Shown: positions 24,621 through 37,824, counted from the whole stretch's first letter. The stretch is 58,523 nucleotides of DNA, filler included, from Sluysia triapertura (GCA_046118255.1; 4 parts of 4 records of this genome joined end to end with filler, not necessarily neighbours in it), one strand, 5' to 3'. Translations and numbers: made by a program. The notes: generated by a model from the letters alone, not told the origin.

Positions 24621-27299
24621 GTTGTTTGGATATGAAATAGTTATGGAAAAGTTCACAATTTACTTCAATGACATTTTCCGTAGAGTTTTCCTTTTCCTTG
24701 ATACCAGTTTATTTGAGAGTTGTATTAATTATTCATAATTATTATTAATATGAAATTTGATCAATAACAATTATTCTTCATACATTCTAACAGTTTTCTG
24801 GTATACATTTCAATAAATCAAACTCACAACATTTAATTAATAAAATTTATATTAAAAAATTTTAAATAATTTTCACTAAATAATAAAAACATCATTACTA
24901 TTTTTAACTTTATATAAATGACGATAATTTGTTTAATATAAACTAATATAAACGAATTCATGTTTTTTTAATTTTTAACCAAGTTTATTAGAAATTTCAA
25001 CATAATAAAATCTATTGACAGTACATTTTACTTATCGATGTATTTACATAACAATGAATTAAAATTATGATATAAAACTGTCAAATTATGTGTGTATATG
25101 AAATTCAAATACATTATGAAAACTGCACAATAGTAATAGTTCAAATAAAATATAGAAAATATTTTAGATATTTTCAAGATTTCCAGTTTGTAAAGTATAG
25201 TTTTATTTTTTTTTCAAGTAACTTAATATGTATTCCTGAGAATTTTAATTAATTTTTATCTTAAATTTGTTTTAAATTTTTATTTAGGTATTTAATTATT
25301 TAACAAGTTATAAAATATTATGTGTAATAGAGGTGCATCAGAGCTCACGATTTTTGATATGAAAAATGTAAGGTAATGGAAAAAGCATATTTTTTGAAGT
25401 GATAGATAAGAAAAAGAAGCTGAAAGTGCTTTAAAGAATGCTATCCTAAATTGTAAGTTTGATAAAATCCTTCAATGATGTTTGTTCGTTATCATGAGGT
25501 TCAAAAATATTTATAAAGGCATGCTATGAAGAAATAGGACCTAAAACGATATTTCTTGTGGTAGACTATCACACAGCCTACAATTTTATTCTTGATAAAA
25601 TAGAAAATTGTTTAAAACCACTCATTAAACAAAGCAGTCAAACAATCAAAACTATAAGACAATTCAGTTACAACCTAGAAACATTGTACAAATTTTACAT
25701 TTTATACACGTAGGACTACGTTATTCTTTGTGAATTCCACTTCAGTCAGACAACATCTGTCTCTTGCATTCAAAAAAATCAAATCATATCTACAATCTCA
25801 AACATGACTCAATTCTTCTAACCTTTTTACTTATCATTTTTAATATCTCATACTACATTTAATATCATGCGAATTTTTAACAACATCATCTTCAATTTTA
25901 GCATTACCTGCGATAATAACATCATCATTGTAATTCTTTAAGATAAAATGTTGTAAGATCACCTTTTGTTAAAATTACAACAAATATAATGTCAATAATA
26001 TACGACTAATAATAATCAAAATCATGACAGTAAATATTAATTAAATAAATTTTATCATTACTGCATGGTAACTCTTTTATTTGCCCAATGATAAGTGAGT
26101 TGATTACACTACCTCCCAATTCATATTTCATGAGGATTAAGCATAGAATGAATAAAAAATAGAATTTGGTTAAAAGGTTAGTTTACTAACATTGATTTTT
26201 GAAATTTGATTTAGTGTATTAATTGCTTTGACGAGTGATTTATTGGCATGGACAAAAATGGATTCTATATTCAATTTTATTCTTTAGTTAAAATTGTAAA
26301 TTGTAACTGGACGTAAAAATTGTATAATAAAGCAGTTGAATTCTATCTGTGGAAGTTTGATGTGTAAATGGTAATAACCCGATTTCATTAGATAAATTAG
26401 TTGATCAAATTGCTTATCGAAACCGAACAAATTATTGTCAATTGTTAAGTTCATTGTTTACTAGTTGTTATGAATGTCACATTAGTTGTTTATATTTCAG
26501 TGAACAAACTCTTTTACTTAATTGTACTAATCAACAAGCACGTGACAATTGAAATTTATCATCAGATTCTTAATAAATTGAGACATTTTAGTAAGTATTT
26601 TGCTATCTTTAATTTTATTTAAATCTTTCATCTAAAAGTCTCTATTTGCGAAAGAATAGTCATATTTGTTTTTATATTTTTATTCAATAATTGGATATAT
26701 TATTTTTCCTTAATTTTACGCCTTTTTGCATTTAATAATCAGAATAAATTTAAGTTTAGAACGATAATGATAGTGTTAAAGATTAATTATAGGAATGATG
26801 TATATTCATGTCAAGTTCGATTAAATGATATTAATGTTGATAAGAACCTTAGCCATACTTGAAAACTATTTAATTTTTGAATTTTCAAACTATTATAAAT
26901 ATTTTATCACAACTTTTCTATATAAAGACAGAGAATGAACTGACAAGTATTACTTAGAATATGATTTCAATACAACTCAAAAAATTGATTTCCTACTAAG
27001 AGAGAAAAATCCCGTATAGTTTCCAACGAATAATAAGTAAAATTCTTTATTAAAAGGGTGTCAACCATTATTGCTAATTGTACCAAAGATACGTTACAAG
27101 TGTCGCGGAACCAAAGAAGTAAAAATAATCAAATCAATTTGAGAACAAACATCACCTGTTGTTGCTTAATATTTATAATGAATTACCTAAATATAAAATT
27201 TTAGTTTGGATCCTATTTTGATAGATCAGATTTTAATAAGCTTTAATATATTATATTTAAATATATTATATTTAATATATTATATTTAAACATGGTTAT

Positions 27300-28520
27300 A
27301 TTAGTTTGTCCAGAAGAATGAGATGTAAAATGCCGAGTGGTAGGGAAAAATGATGAAATTTTCAAGAACAAAAGATAAGTGAAAATTGATTATTTAAAAT
27401 TTAGACTGTATCTATTGGTTTTGATAAAGATAAAACATAAGTAATGAGATTTAGTAAGATTAAGAATTTCCAAGGATCCATATAAGGAATGCTTGGAGTA
27501 AAATCGTATTATACGACAAGTTTGATGAGGAATAAAGTAAAAATTATTCACAAAAATTAGCTGTGTGGTCTGTGTTTATTAGTCTGATAATTAAAAGCTA
27601 AATTATCAAAAATTCTACAATGAAAACTTTTAATTTCATTATTTGTCTTTTTACTTTTAAAATTAACGAAAATAAAATTACTTTTAAAATTATATTTTCT
27701 TGAATTAATTTTATTTACCATTACGTTATTATACATTGAAGTCTTAAGAATTATGAGAAAATTATAAATTAGTTTAAAGGAACAAAAACAATTAATACAA
27801 TCTATGTTATACAAACTAATGATAAAAATCTTTTAAAGACGACGAAAACCTAAAAATTGATCCATAAAAATGATTTAAACGAAGTGTTTGTGAACAAAAC
27901 TAACTTGCTAACCTTTGGATCAGCCAGACTATCTTGGTAATAATTTTGTGTAAGCATTTTGTCTAAGCCGTAATGGTTGATAGTTCTCAAGACGAATTCA
28001 TAATTAGTAAATTCTTTATATTTCTTTTTGATACAAAGCATTTCATTGTGATCCGACACTCTATGTAACCGCATATTTTCTTTAATTGACATTGTTTTAT
28101 ACTTTGAATACAATTCTTAGCAATATTTCTTAACGTATATGAGAAACATTAATTAACAATTTCAGTTCTACAAGTGAAGCATACAAATTAATTACAAAGA
28201 ATAATGTTAGATTATAATTTGAAGAGTTTTAATTTGTTTTTTTTGTGAATAAAACTTTAGCATTACGTTTAGTAGTTCGTATGATTACGAGTTTGATTAA
28301 TGGTATTGTTTTCAATTTAATACTTACTGCAATATCATAATGTTCGTTAAGAATATTAAGAGCAAACATATCTAGTTTTATAACTTTTTGAATAGTAACA
28401 TTATATTTAAAAACTACTAAGTCTTCCAATAAAATCCGATCTTACATCAAAAATACTTTAAACTATGCCCCATATAATAACATTCGATTTCCTGAATGAG
28501 ACAGAATTTCCATTGGGGAT
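27300..28520 (-). mobile_element. Tentative decayed protein-primed DNA polymerase B remnant
   Basis: LYGSLEILNLTKSHYLCF (about 27435-27490) resembles the Polinton polB motif IYVGFSILELSKLHMY and is followed by GATACAG (DT, possibly an eroded DTDS). Upstream lies VTIQKVIKL..TTKRNAKVLF. Many stops. Confidence 0.3.
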
Positions 28521-28648
28521 AATCACAACTAAAGTAGAATGAGTCTGAGTTAAAACATTTCTAGTACAATTAATTGTTGTACCAGTTAATTTGAATGTTG
28601 CGAAATTATTTTTAGCATGTAACAGATTCATATAAACTAATTTATTAA

Positions 28649-28720
28649 CACATTATGAGCGGGTATTCTTAAGTGACAGTACATAAAACGGGTAATAATA
28701 CCCGCCCCGCTCATAATGTG
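28649..28720. mobile_element. 72-bp piggyBac-type MITE
   Basis: Perfect 15-bp TIRs CACATTATGAGCGGG / CCCGCTCATAATGTG, flanked by TTAA on both sides (28645-28648 and 28721-28724). Confidence 0.85.
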
Positions 28721-31381
28721 TTAATATCAAGTTTTATCCTGTCATAAAATTATTCAAACAAAAATTATTTATTGACTTGTTTTATTTTTTTATACCTTTA
28801 TTTTTTCATTAATCATAATACATTAGTATTTTAAATTTTGAAATAAAATTTACAATCACAATTAAGAATAGTAAATTTAATGAAAGTTAATATAAATTAA
28901 AATTAAATGAATGAGTTTAGAATCATTTTAATTTGTGAAAAATTACATCAAGTCACCAAACTTTAACAAAATGTATACATAAATTTACATATTTTGATTG
29001 ATAATTTTTTTGTATGAATAACTTAATGTGAATTTCAAATGCCTAAATTAAATTAATTCCAGCAAAATGAAGTTTGATCATCGATGAACATTACAAGCAA
29101 TGTCTACAAAATATTTTTTAGTGAAGTCGCAAAACAAATAGTATGATAAAGCGATTTAATTTTGACGATTTGCAACTCAAAATAAGTACTTCATAAACTT
29201 AAGAAATAATTATTGATAATGTAATTGTTAACCAGGTTGTAATGTAAAGAAATCTGCACTACCACGTCTAGAACATAACGATTCAATATAATCACAAAAA
29301 TTTGTATGTCATTAGTTTTTTTAGTGCATAATAAATTATATAAATCACGTGATATTACTCATTCACACGTAGGATTTTAAATTCATGTTCATAAATATAT
29401 TCATTTTTTCCAATTTATTAATATCAATATGACTAAATGTTTTTTATGTCTTCAATAACTAGGAACATTTTTGTGATACAAAATGACTTGCTGTTTCAGT
29501 TCTCAATGACAAAATGAAAGTCAAAAATTTCACTTCACTTTATCCAGTGGATAATAAATCATTTCAAAAGCATCTCTTGTAATTTTATGAAAAGTAAAAC
29601 ACATTTACTTATTCGCGCAACACAAAATAGTGTTGGTGATATAGTACATTACTACTAAATTACTAAATTACCTATAGATACAGAACGAAATAGATTATTT
29701 TCCATTTGAAATGAGCATTCCGTTGACATAATTTTAAGATGAATATATAAAATGTAATAAATGAAAATAAAAGAAAAACGTAAAGAATTAATGAAAATAT
29801 TATTATAATTATTGTAAAATTTAAAAATTTTGTTGTATTCTTATTAATAATTCTTTAATATCTTCAAACGCTTTTTATTCTTTATGTGTTTATAGTTAAA
29901 ATAACTTTCTTAATATGCTCCCTTTATTAAACTCTTTAATGTGAACTTTATCGAATATTAATACTTTGAACTGTTTGCAAGGAATTCTCAAATACTATCA
30001 AATGCATTTTCAAACTTCAATAATTGTATGAATTATTGCTCCTAATACTAGTTTAAAGTCTTAATAATTATTCTATCTTATATACTCTTTATCGTCTTAT
30101 TTTATGAATAATCTTTGCGTTTTAGATTTATATTATATATAAAAACATGAGCTCAGATACTCGTTCCGATAACCTGGAATGGAAACTCAAGTAAGTTTTT
30201 ACTTCGAAGTCCAATTTTGTGTCACTTAATAAATAATATTCAAGCGAGTTACTTTCGAATAAACGTTATTATCACAATGTGGTATATATTTTACTTATTA
30301 ATAGGATTACGATTCAACTTCAACTGTAATTAAAATTATTCCCTTTGGGGCACTATTTTCGATTTTCCCTAAAGTTTAATTAAGCGCAAATAAAAGAAAT
30401 AAGTTTAGTCAAATTTATTATTGACATTTATTTTCAAAAACATATATATGTTTGTTGTGAGTCCAAATTATTTTTTCTGACTATTTATAGTGTTTTTATT
30501 GTATGTAATTTAATTTTTAAATATAATTTTAATATGTAATCAAAACGATAATTCTATTAATAATATATAATAACACCAATATTTTATCAAATATAGTTTC
30601 GCCAATTAATGTTTCATAGAGTAAATATTTTGCTAATCACTACAATAAATAATAATAATAGTAATAATAATAATTAATAATAATAATAATTTTGAATGAC
30701 AAATATCATCTTCCATCTAAATAATATGTTACTAAATTTTGATTACATATACATTGTACTTATTCTCATTTTAATATAATTTTTCTCGATTATAATGCCT
30801 TTAAATTTAGTATAACATTATTCTCTCCATTCTGCCTAATCTTTAATTTAAATTAATTCTAATCGAGAATAATGCTACTAATTTTAATTACTTACAAGTT
30901 TTATTCAATCTTAATTTAACATGATTTTATTTGATTTTATGTTTTTAAACATTATCTTTATGGATTCTCAATTTAAGATGATTATTTATTTAATTTCAAT
31001 TTAAAATTAGTTGCTACTTGTTATTAAATTTTGAATTTGTATTAAATCTATTAAATCTCATTTTAAATTGATATAAAGCATTATAATCTCAATGATAATA
31101 ATTTTAATTTTATTTTAAAAATAATTTTATTTTAGATAGATTTAAATTAAATAAATTTTAAATTGAAAATTGAAAAAATAAATGAATGTTATGAAATTTA
31201 AATTAAATGAATTTTATGTTTTAAAAATTGAAACAGATTTAAAAATTAAAAAATTAAAAAACAGATTTAAAAAATGAATATTATGTCACATTATATTATT
31301 ATTTTTATTATTATTTCTTTTAATTATTTGTCTAAAGTTTCGGGGGAAAGAAGTTTTATGCGTGGGTAAAGAAAAGGCGAA

Positions 31382-31628
31382 GAGGTGAGAATGAACAATG
31401 TTAATGTTTTTTGTAAAAGGTACGTTATTTTAGGCTTTAGTTATAACGAACAGTTATTGTGTCAATATGTGTAGTCAAAATTACAAAGTGTTCATCTAAA
31501 AATAACAACAAATAAATATTAAATGTTAAATCTAATTTGTCATAAATTTAAGTCTAAAAATAAATTTAATAATAAAATCGATTTTTGGTATTATTATTAA
31601 AAATTATTATTGGTATTATTATTATTGG

Positions 31629-31674
<46 letters not shown>

Positions 31675-32860
31675 GGTATTATTATTATTATTATTATCAA
31701 TTTATTATCAATTATTATTTCAAAAAATTCTTTGATAAATTATGATTTCCAGAATTCTTTATTTTAATAAATTAAATTCTTGGTCAAGGACAAATTATAA
31801 ATATATATAAACTTGAAACATTCACAATAAATCACACAACTCTTGTCACACAACAGTATAATTACAAGCTCTCAACTGTTATTAAAGATTATCACAATTT
31901 TATCAAGCATATTTTTCAAGTTCCTTATAAACATTCAACAACAAGAATTGTTATAAAAGGATTATCACAGCTGTATCAAGTGTTTTTGTAAAATTCAATA
32001 TTCAAATTACATATTCGATCTTCTCGGCAACTCAGTCTATCTACGCACCATAATTTTCTTTAACAAATTTCATTCACTTAACCGTTAGTTTGAATTCAAT
32101 AAGTTTTTAAAAATCACTTTTAATTGATTGTAAATTTCATATACTCAATTTAATTTTTAATTATTTTTATCCCCCTTTTTAAGAGGTGAGGAAACTTTTA
32201 ATAACCTATACATTACAGATTATACATTAATCTAATTAAAATCATTATTATTTATATTATTATATTCTTTATAAAAAGTGTATTAATATATTATTATAAA
32301 TTTGTCATTTCGTTAATATATCATTCTAAAAGATTTTTTCGTTGAGTTTTTTATTACTAAAATAAGGTCGCCGATTTTAATTGGAAGTAAAATAGAGGTA
32401 ATTTATAGTTAAAAAATAGATTTGTATTTAAGGCTCAGCGCTTTTGAAATACGGTTGAAAAATATAACTTAAAATAACATTTGCATTTAAATTAAACATC
32501 ATAAAAGTTTTTAACTGTAGTTTAAACATTTTTGATTAGCATTAATAAATTCTTAAAAAGAGCCAAAATTAACATCGCATAAACCACAACAGATTTTGCC
32601 CAAAAATATAATCGATTTAACATAAACCTACTTATACCTTCGTATAAGTTTTTCTAAAATACTGCTTACAACGTAGCCCTTAAGTGAGTAAGTCTAAGAT
32701 TGTAAGGGACTCACAGCGTAAATTAAATTTAGCATTAACATCTCGATTATTAGAATAAATTATTTATTTGACAGAGTTTGCTGCGAAGTTTTCTTTATTA
32801 ATGTTTTTGTTTCGTGAGAGTGTAGGATCTAAAATTTAAATTATGGAGAGGACCACTACA
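31382..32860 (-). repeat. LTR family A copy split by a nested insertion of about 1.3 kb (about 31459-32745)
   Basis: 31382-31458 matches 8626-8699. Homology resumes at about 32746 (ATTATTAGAATAAATTATTTATTTGAC) and runs to the CCACTACA terminus. Confidence 0.65.
31587..31697. repeat. Interrupted (ATT)n microsatellite
   Basis: ATT runs punctuated by GGT/GGC; this accounts for the poly-Ile ORF 31585-31767. Confidence 0.9.
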
Positions 32861-33175
32861 AAAATAAAGAATTAACAGAAATAATTAAAAAGTTACATCT
32901 GTTTATCTAAATTAGTAAATAAATAATAAATGCAAAAAATAAATACTTACAATTGATTTTAGAAATTAAGTAATTAATTTGAATATTCACAAATGCTGAA
33001 TTGGAAGAAACTGTATATGAACTCAATTTATAAGAAAAATGCTCACAAAAAACTTCTCAAGACTTTATGCTAGAATTTTGCGATTATTCTTGACGAGATT
33101 ATGTCCATTATGTCAAATAGGCACAGTTCAATATTTTGAGGGAATCACTTTTAAACGATACGGTTCAATTACAAG

Positions 33176-34200
33176 TGTGGGAATATGTAGAGATAAGATA
33201 GAATAAAGTAGAATTTTAATGTGAGTCCACCAATGTACTAGGCTTACCAGTTAGGGTTAGCTGTTGAATTTGTAGATAAAAGATTTTTAAGTAAAAGTTA
33301 GAATAACTTTCTAAAGCGTGCGTGGTTTTACTAGGGTATTCTTGGCTTAATGAATTTGCTGTTAATTTAGTAAATCAGACTAAGTTCTGAAGGTATTTTT
33401 AATAAATGAAAATCAATACAAACTGTTTCTAGTATTAGTAATAAAGATAAATATCTAACTGCAGAAATATTAATAGAAATAATTTACATAGTAATTTACG
33501 AAGATCCTATGAAAAGGATCTATAAAAGTGATTTTACGTTATAAGAATTAAATTCTAATAGATGAAAGCTTTACTCCAGTGGGAATTTTATAATTAAAAC
33601 TATAAAATTTAATAATGAAAAAATGAATTCTTAGAAATTTTTATTAGACACTGGATAAATTAAACAAGATTATAAATATAATAAAATAAATAAGTTAATT
33701 TGAATTAATCAAATTTAATTCTCAAATTGGTGATATTTTATTAATTAGTTTACGAAAAATCTATTATAAGATTTTTAGAAATAATTACGAAAGTGATTTT
33801 GAGTTTATTTTTTCGAGGATATATATTGTATATCCGTAACTTAATATAATAAACTAACGTATTTATTAAAAACAGGAATTTAGTAAAAACCTTCTTAGCA
33901 GGAATCCTTTAAAATTAATTTCTCTGGTTACTTCGCTGAGAAAAGCTCGATGAAGATTCGATTAACAAGGCCTTGTTAAAAATTATGTTTTCAATATTGT
34001 GCTAACAAAATTGAGTGTTATTTAATAAATCTTGCAACTATTTATAGTCGATTTAGCTGGCCTTGGCCAGATCAAAACAAAATATTTTATTTAATTTACT
34101 AAAACAAGATTTTTAAAGATATTAAAATAGTTTAAAATTTTACGTATAATTAATATAATTACTTACGTTAGTTTACATTAAGAATAATAATAATCCAAAA
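33176..34200 (-). repeat. LTR family B, probable 3' LTR of the protease-protease-membrane element (inner boundary approximate)
   Basis: Terminus TGTGGGAAT. GTGAGTCCACCAATGTACTAGGCTTACCAGTTAGG nearly matches the reverse complement of about 51316-51350. Blocks are shared with 17066-17330. There is a minus-strand TATA-like CTATAAATAG at about 34038-34047. Confidence 0.65.
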
Positions 34201-34369
34201 AATTAATTCGATAAATTAATCCGATCAAAAACAAAATTATAAATCAATAAATTGTGAATAATCAATAAATAGTTTTACAGTATGTGTACAATATGTATGT
34301 ATCAATATGTATAAAAATCAATAATTTGTTAAATTGTCACAAAATGTATGTTCATAACATATAGCATTT

Positions 34370-37300
34370 GTTAAATTATTACAATATGTATGTTCATTAC
34401 AGTAATATTCATAATACTACATTTTGAAGTATATTCAAAACTAAATTTAGTTGTCTTACTTAATGATTTCGTAATTACGGGAACAAAAATATCATACAGC
34501 CCAAAATGTGACCACTGGTTCAACATAACACAAATTTCTCTGCTACGTAAAATAGAAATCTAAATAATTGGTAAAATTGAGTTTGTGACATAATGTAAAA
34601 GTATACTCGAATTTGGGGGCAATCGAGCAAAACGATGGCTGCTCATTTCTAAGTAATTCAGAAGTACAACATGACGTTCTAATGGATTGTTTAGTCGTAC
34701 TTTGTTATTATGTAGTCTTATAGCCGATATCGGACATGTAGAAAATTTAGACTCGTCTTTATTGTGAAATAACGAACGTATACTAATTTTGCATCATCTA
34801 CTAATAGTGTTAGAGTGACAGTAACATTAAATGACTGATTCTCGAACAAGTCATAACACGAGACGCTCCAACGACTGTGAAATCTATTAGTGGAATTAGT
34901 AAATTTACACCATTTACCGATACAACATTCTAATTGGGTGTTACTTAGTCTATTATTACGTAGTACGATTTTGGTGTATGTTTCCTGTCGATCAGCTCTT
35001 ACACTAACTTGAGGTTGGATATTATGAAAATATCTATAGTGGTATTCGTTCGAAGGATGTCTAAAAGAATCAGTGTGGAAATACATACCAAAGAAATACA
35101 AGTTAATAAAGTTTATTGTAGTTGAGTCATCTGGACTCCCTGAAGAAATGGACTATAGTTGTTCAATGCATACTTATAATGTGGTGATGAAATTGAATAA
35201 GGCTCCAATGGTAATTGAGAATCAAAATGATAAGGTATCGAATAATGACCATTATCTGTATTAGAATGAAAATTGGTAGGAGTGTCTTTGTTTCGAGTGA
35301 AAATACAAATTACCAATAAAAAGATTACCAACACCAGAATAATAATTATTGTAAAGATTATCAGAAATATTGCAAAAGGATGATTTTTAAGAATTTCGAT
35401 GATATTAATATTTGTACTCCTTCCCTTAATTGAAAAGTGCAACTGTTCTATGTATTTATCGTTTAAATGAACGCGAGCAATCATGTGTCAATCTTCACAT
35501 GGTAATAAATCTGAACAAATCGTAAAAGAATGTATTATATTATTTATAAGTAATTCATGAATTATCCAAACACTGAAATTAAGTCTCGCCGGTAGGAGAC
35601 AAGCAAATTTTGCACAAATATTATTGTATAGAATCTTAACTCTTACTTCACTATCTAAATTATGAAATTCGAAATATTCTGACCTAAAAGTTTGTTCACA
35701 GTTAGCTGATGAAATCATTATGATTAAAACTAATAAATGTAGCAATTTCTTATTAGCTAATAATTTTACATTTCGCCCAACTGTAAAGATGTAGTATAAT
35801 GTCCATAATACATAACATATAATAAACACTAATCATAAGAAAGTAACCTTACTTATTAACTTATATTCCGTTAAAGAGTATTTTACTTAATGAATTATTA
35901 CTAAGAGTTTTAGTCTAGATCTCAGGAGATTTTGAAACAGTTGTATGACCCTTAAGAGACTGGTAAAAGTCCTCCACGAAAGATTTATCGTGAATGTCTA
36001 CTAAAGAAAGTGTTATTGACATAATGAAGGCATTAGTAATGGTTTAAGATAGATACAATATATCAGTAATGAATGTTTAGGAATTTCCATCATAGGATTT
36101 ATTGTCCAATATTGATTGTAAAAATTTTTAAGTATAACTGTTTGTTCAACACCATATCGTAATGCATTTCTAGTATTTCGCAGTTAATCTTCGATTTCAG
36201 CTACATATGTAAAACCCGTAATTCTAATACATAATAGCAGAATTAAGAAAAGTAAACTTAAAACAGTGAGTGATTTTATCCTGAATGTTGTATCTCTATT
36301 ACGTGTTGAAAACAGCATTATATTCGGATGATCGGATACAATTCCTGAAGAAACAGATGTTACATCTGAATTATCTATATTATCTGATGAAGATTCGGAT
36401 GTCAGGTCTGGTGTAGGAACAACTGGTAGATGTATATGATGTGGAGTAATGTGTGGTGCTATAAAATCATGTACTACAACCAGTGTTTGATTTGGTTGAA
36501 CGTCTACAGGTTGAGGTCAGATTATACGTGAGCCTACTGGTAATATCACAAATCCGTGTCTACTATGAATTACTATATCTTCTAAGTGTTTAATTACAAC
36601 TAAACCTACAATTATTTCATAAGGACATTTATCCCATACTAATATTGGAATACAAACATTCGTATCTAAGATTGTAATTTGACATTGCAGTACTCCATTT
36701 ATGTCAATGGGAGTGTAATTGACATTATAGGGAATTAATGCTGGTTGATGCATCATAGAAATTTCTAAAGTACTTAACATAATGTAATTAACGATAGAGT
36801 TACTTGCACCAGTATCAATAACGGCTCTTATCCATCTACGATTTATTTGAACGCTTTGCATTATGTGATTAATTAAATTTAAATTCAGTGACGAGTTTAG
36901 TATCATAATTATTTGTTTTGCAGTATGTGATTTATCTCCATTTTTTAATGTAACCTTGTCAAAGTCAAAAATAAAACCTTTAAGCTGTGATAACATCCAT
37001 TCCCACAATCATAACTTCGGCGCAATTTCTCATAACATTTAGTTTTGTTTCAAATTTATTTTTTCCTAATTCACATTGAACTTTTATTACTCCTGCTATT
37101 TTTATAGCATCTCCTGTTACGCCTGCGAGATTGGAAACATGGTCCTTTAAATTTTGAAGTTCTTCACTTGTTAAGGAAGATTCATTTATTAAAGAAGCTA
37201 CCGCTCTTGTGTCAATTAGAGCTGAAATTATTCGACCATTAATTCTTATTTTAACCATTGGTCTTTTCGCACCGTAATAGTTATAGTCACATAAACTAGA

Positions 37301-37503
37301 TTCTTTGGCTGTGAATGTATAAAATGGGTAAAATTGGAATAAATTGGAATTGAATATAAAAGAGGTTTAATGTCTTTTAGTTCTTCTTTACTTTCTTCGA
37401 CATCTTCTGTGCTTTCTTCCTGAACTTCGTTATTTTGATTCGTATTTGTGTTTAGTATTGTTTGTAATAAAATGTTTTCACTAATGTTTGTACATTCCTT
37501 TTT
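34370..37503 (-). pseudogene. Decayed retroelement polyprotein: two tandem retropepsin domains followed by multiple signal/TM segments and small beta-rich domains; no RT/RNase H/integrase
   Basis: PR1 reads RPMVKIRINGRIISALIDTRAVASLI..MIVGMDVI and PR2 reads VQINRRWIRAVIDTGASNSIV..IIVGLVVI. Coding-like sequence continues through isolated stops and frameshifts: a P/S/D-rich linker, LTVLSLLFLILLLC, LLHLLVLIIMISSANC, FAIFLIIFTIIIILVLVIFLLVICIF, and ORFs 35488-35829, 35113-35484 and 34718-35101. Confidence 0.75.
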
Positions 37504-37724
37504 TGTTGCATTTGCTGTGGTTTTTCTAACACTAAACTTACGGCAAAATATTTTTTAGCAGGGTTCGGTTACAGTAAGCGTTTTACAACGTATCGTTGGC
37601 ACTCCTCTAACTAATAAGTTAAAGATTACTTAAAAATAATGTCTCTACTAAATAAATTAACTTAGGAGGGTCTTCAACTACTAAATAAACTCAATAATTT
37701 ACTAATTAATTAACACGAAAAATC
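37504..37724 (+). repeat. Repeat family C copy inserted at the 5' side of the polyprotein, truncated by the gap
   Basis: TGTTGCATTTGCTGTGGTTTTTCTAACACTAAACTTACGGCAAAATA matches the motif at 5700, 44695 and 56231. Confidence 0.55.
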
Positions 37725-37824
37725 NNNNNNNNNNNNNNNNNNNNNNNNNNNNNNNNNNNNNNNNNNNNTTAATTAATTAANNNNNNNNNNNNNNNNNNNN
37801 NNNNNNNNNNNNNNNNNNNNNNNN
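37725..37824. other. Assembly gap spacer
   Basis: 44 N + TTAATTAATTAA + 44 N. Confidence 0.98.

Noticed and set aside
31585-31767. Poly-Ile ORF
   Set aside because: Translation of an ATT microsatellite.
35488-36519. Alternative genetic code or readthrough to explain in-frame stops in the polyprotein
   Set aside because: TGA, TAA and TAG stops and frameshifts all occur, and intact genes here end at TGA (PFDN6) and TAG (TARBP1). Ordinary decay explains it.
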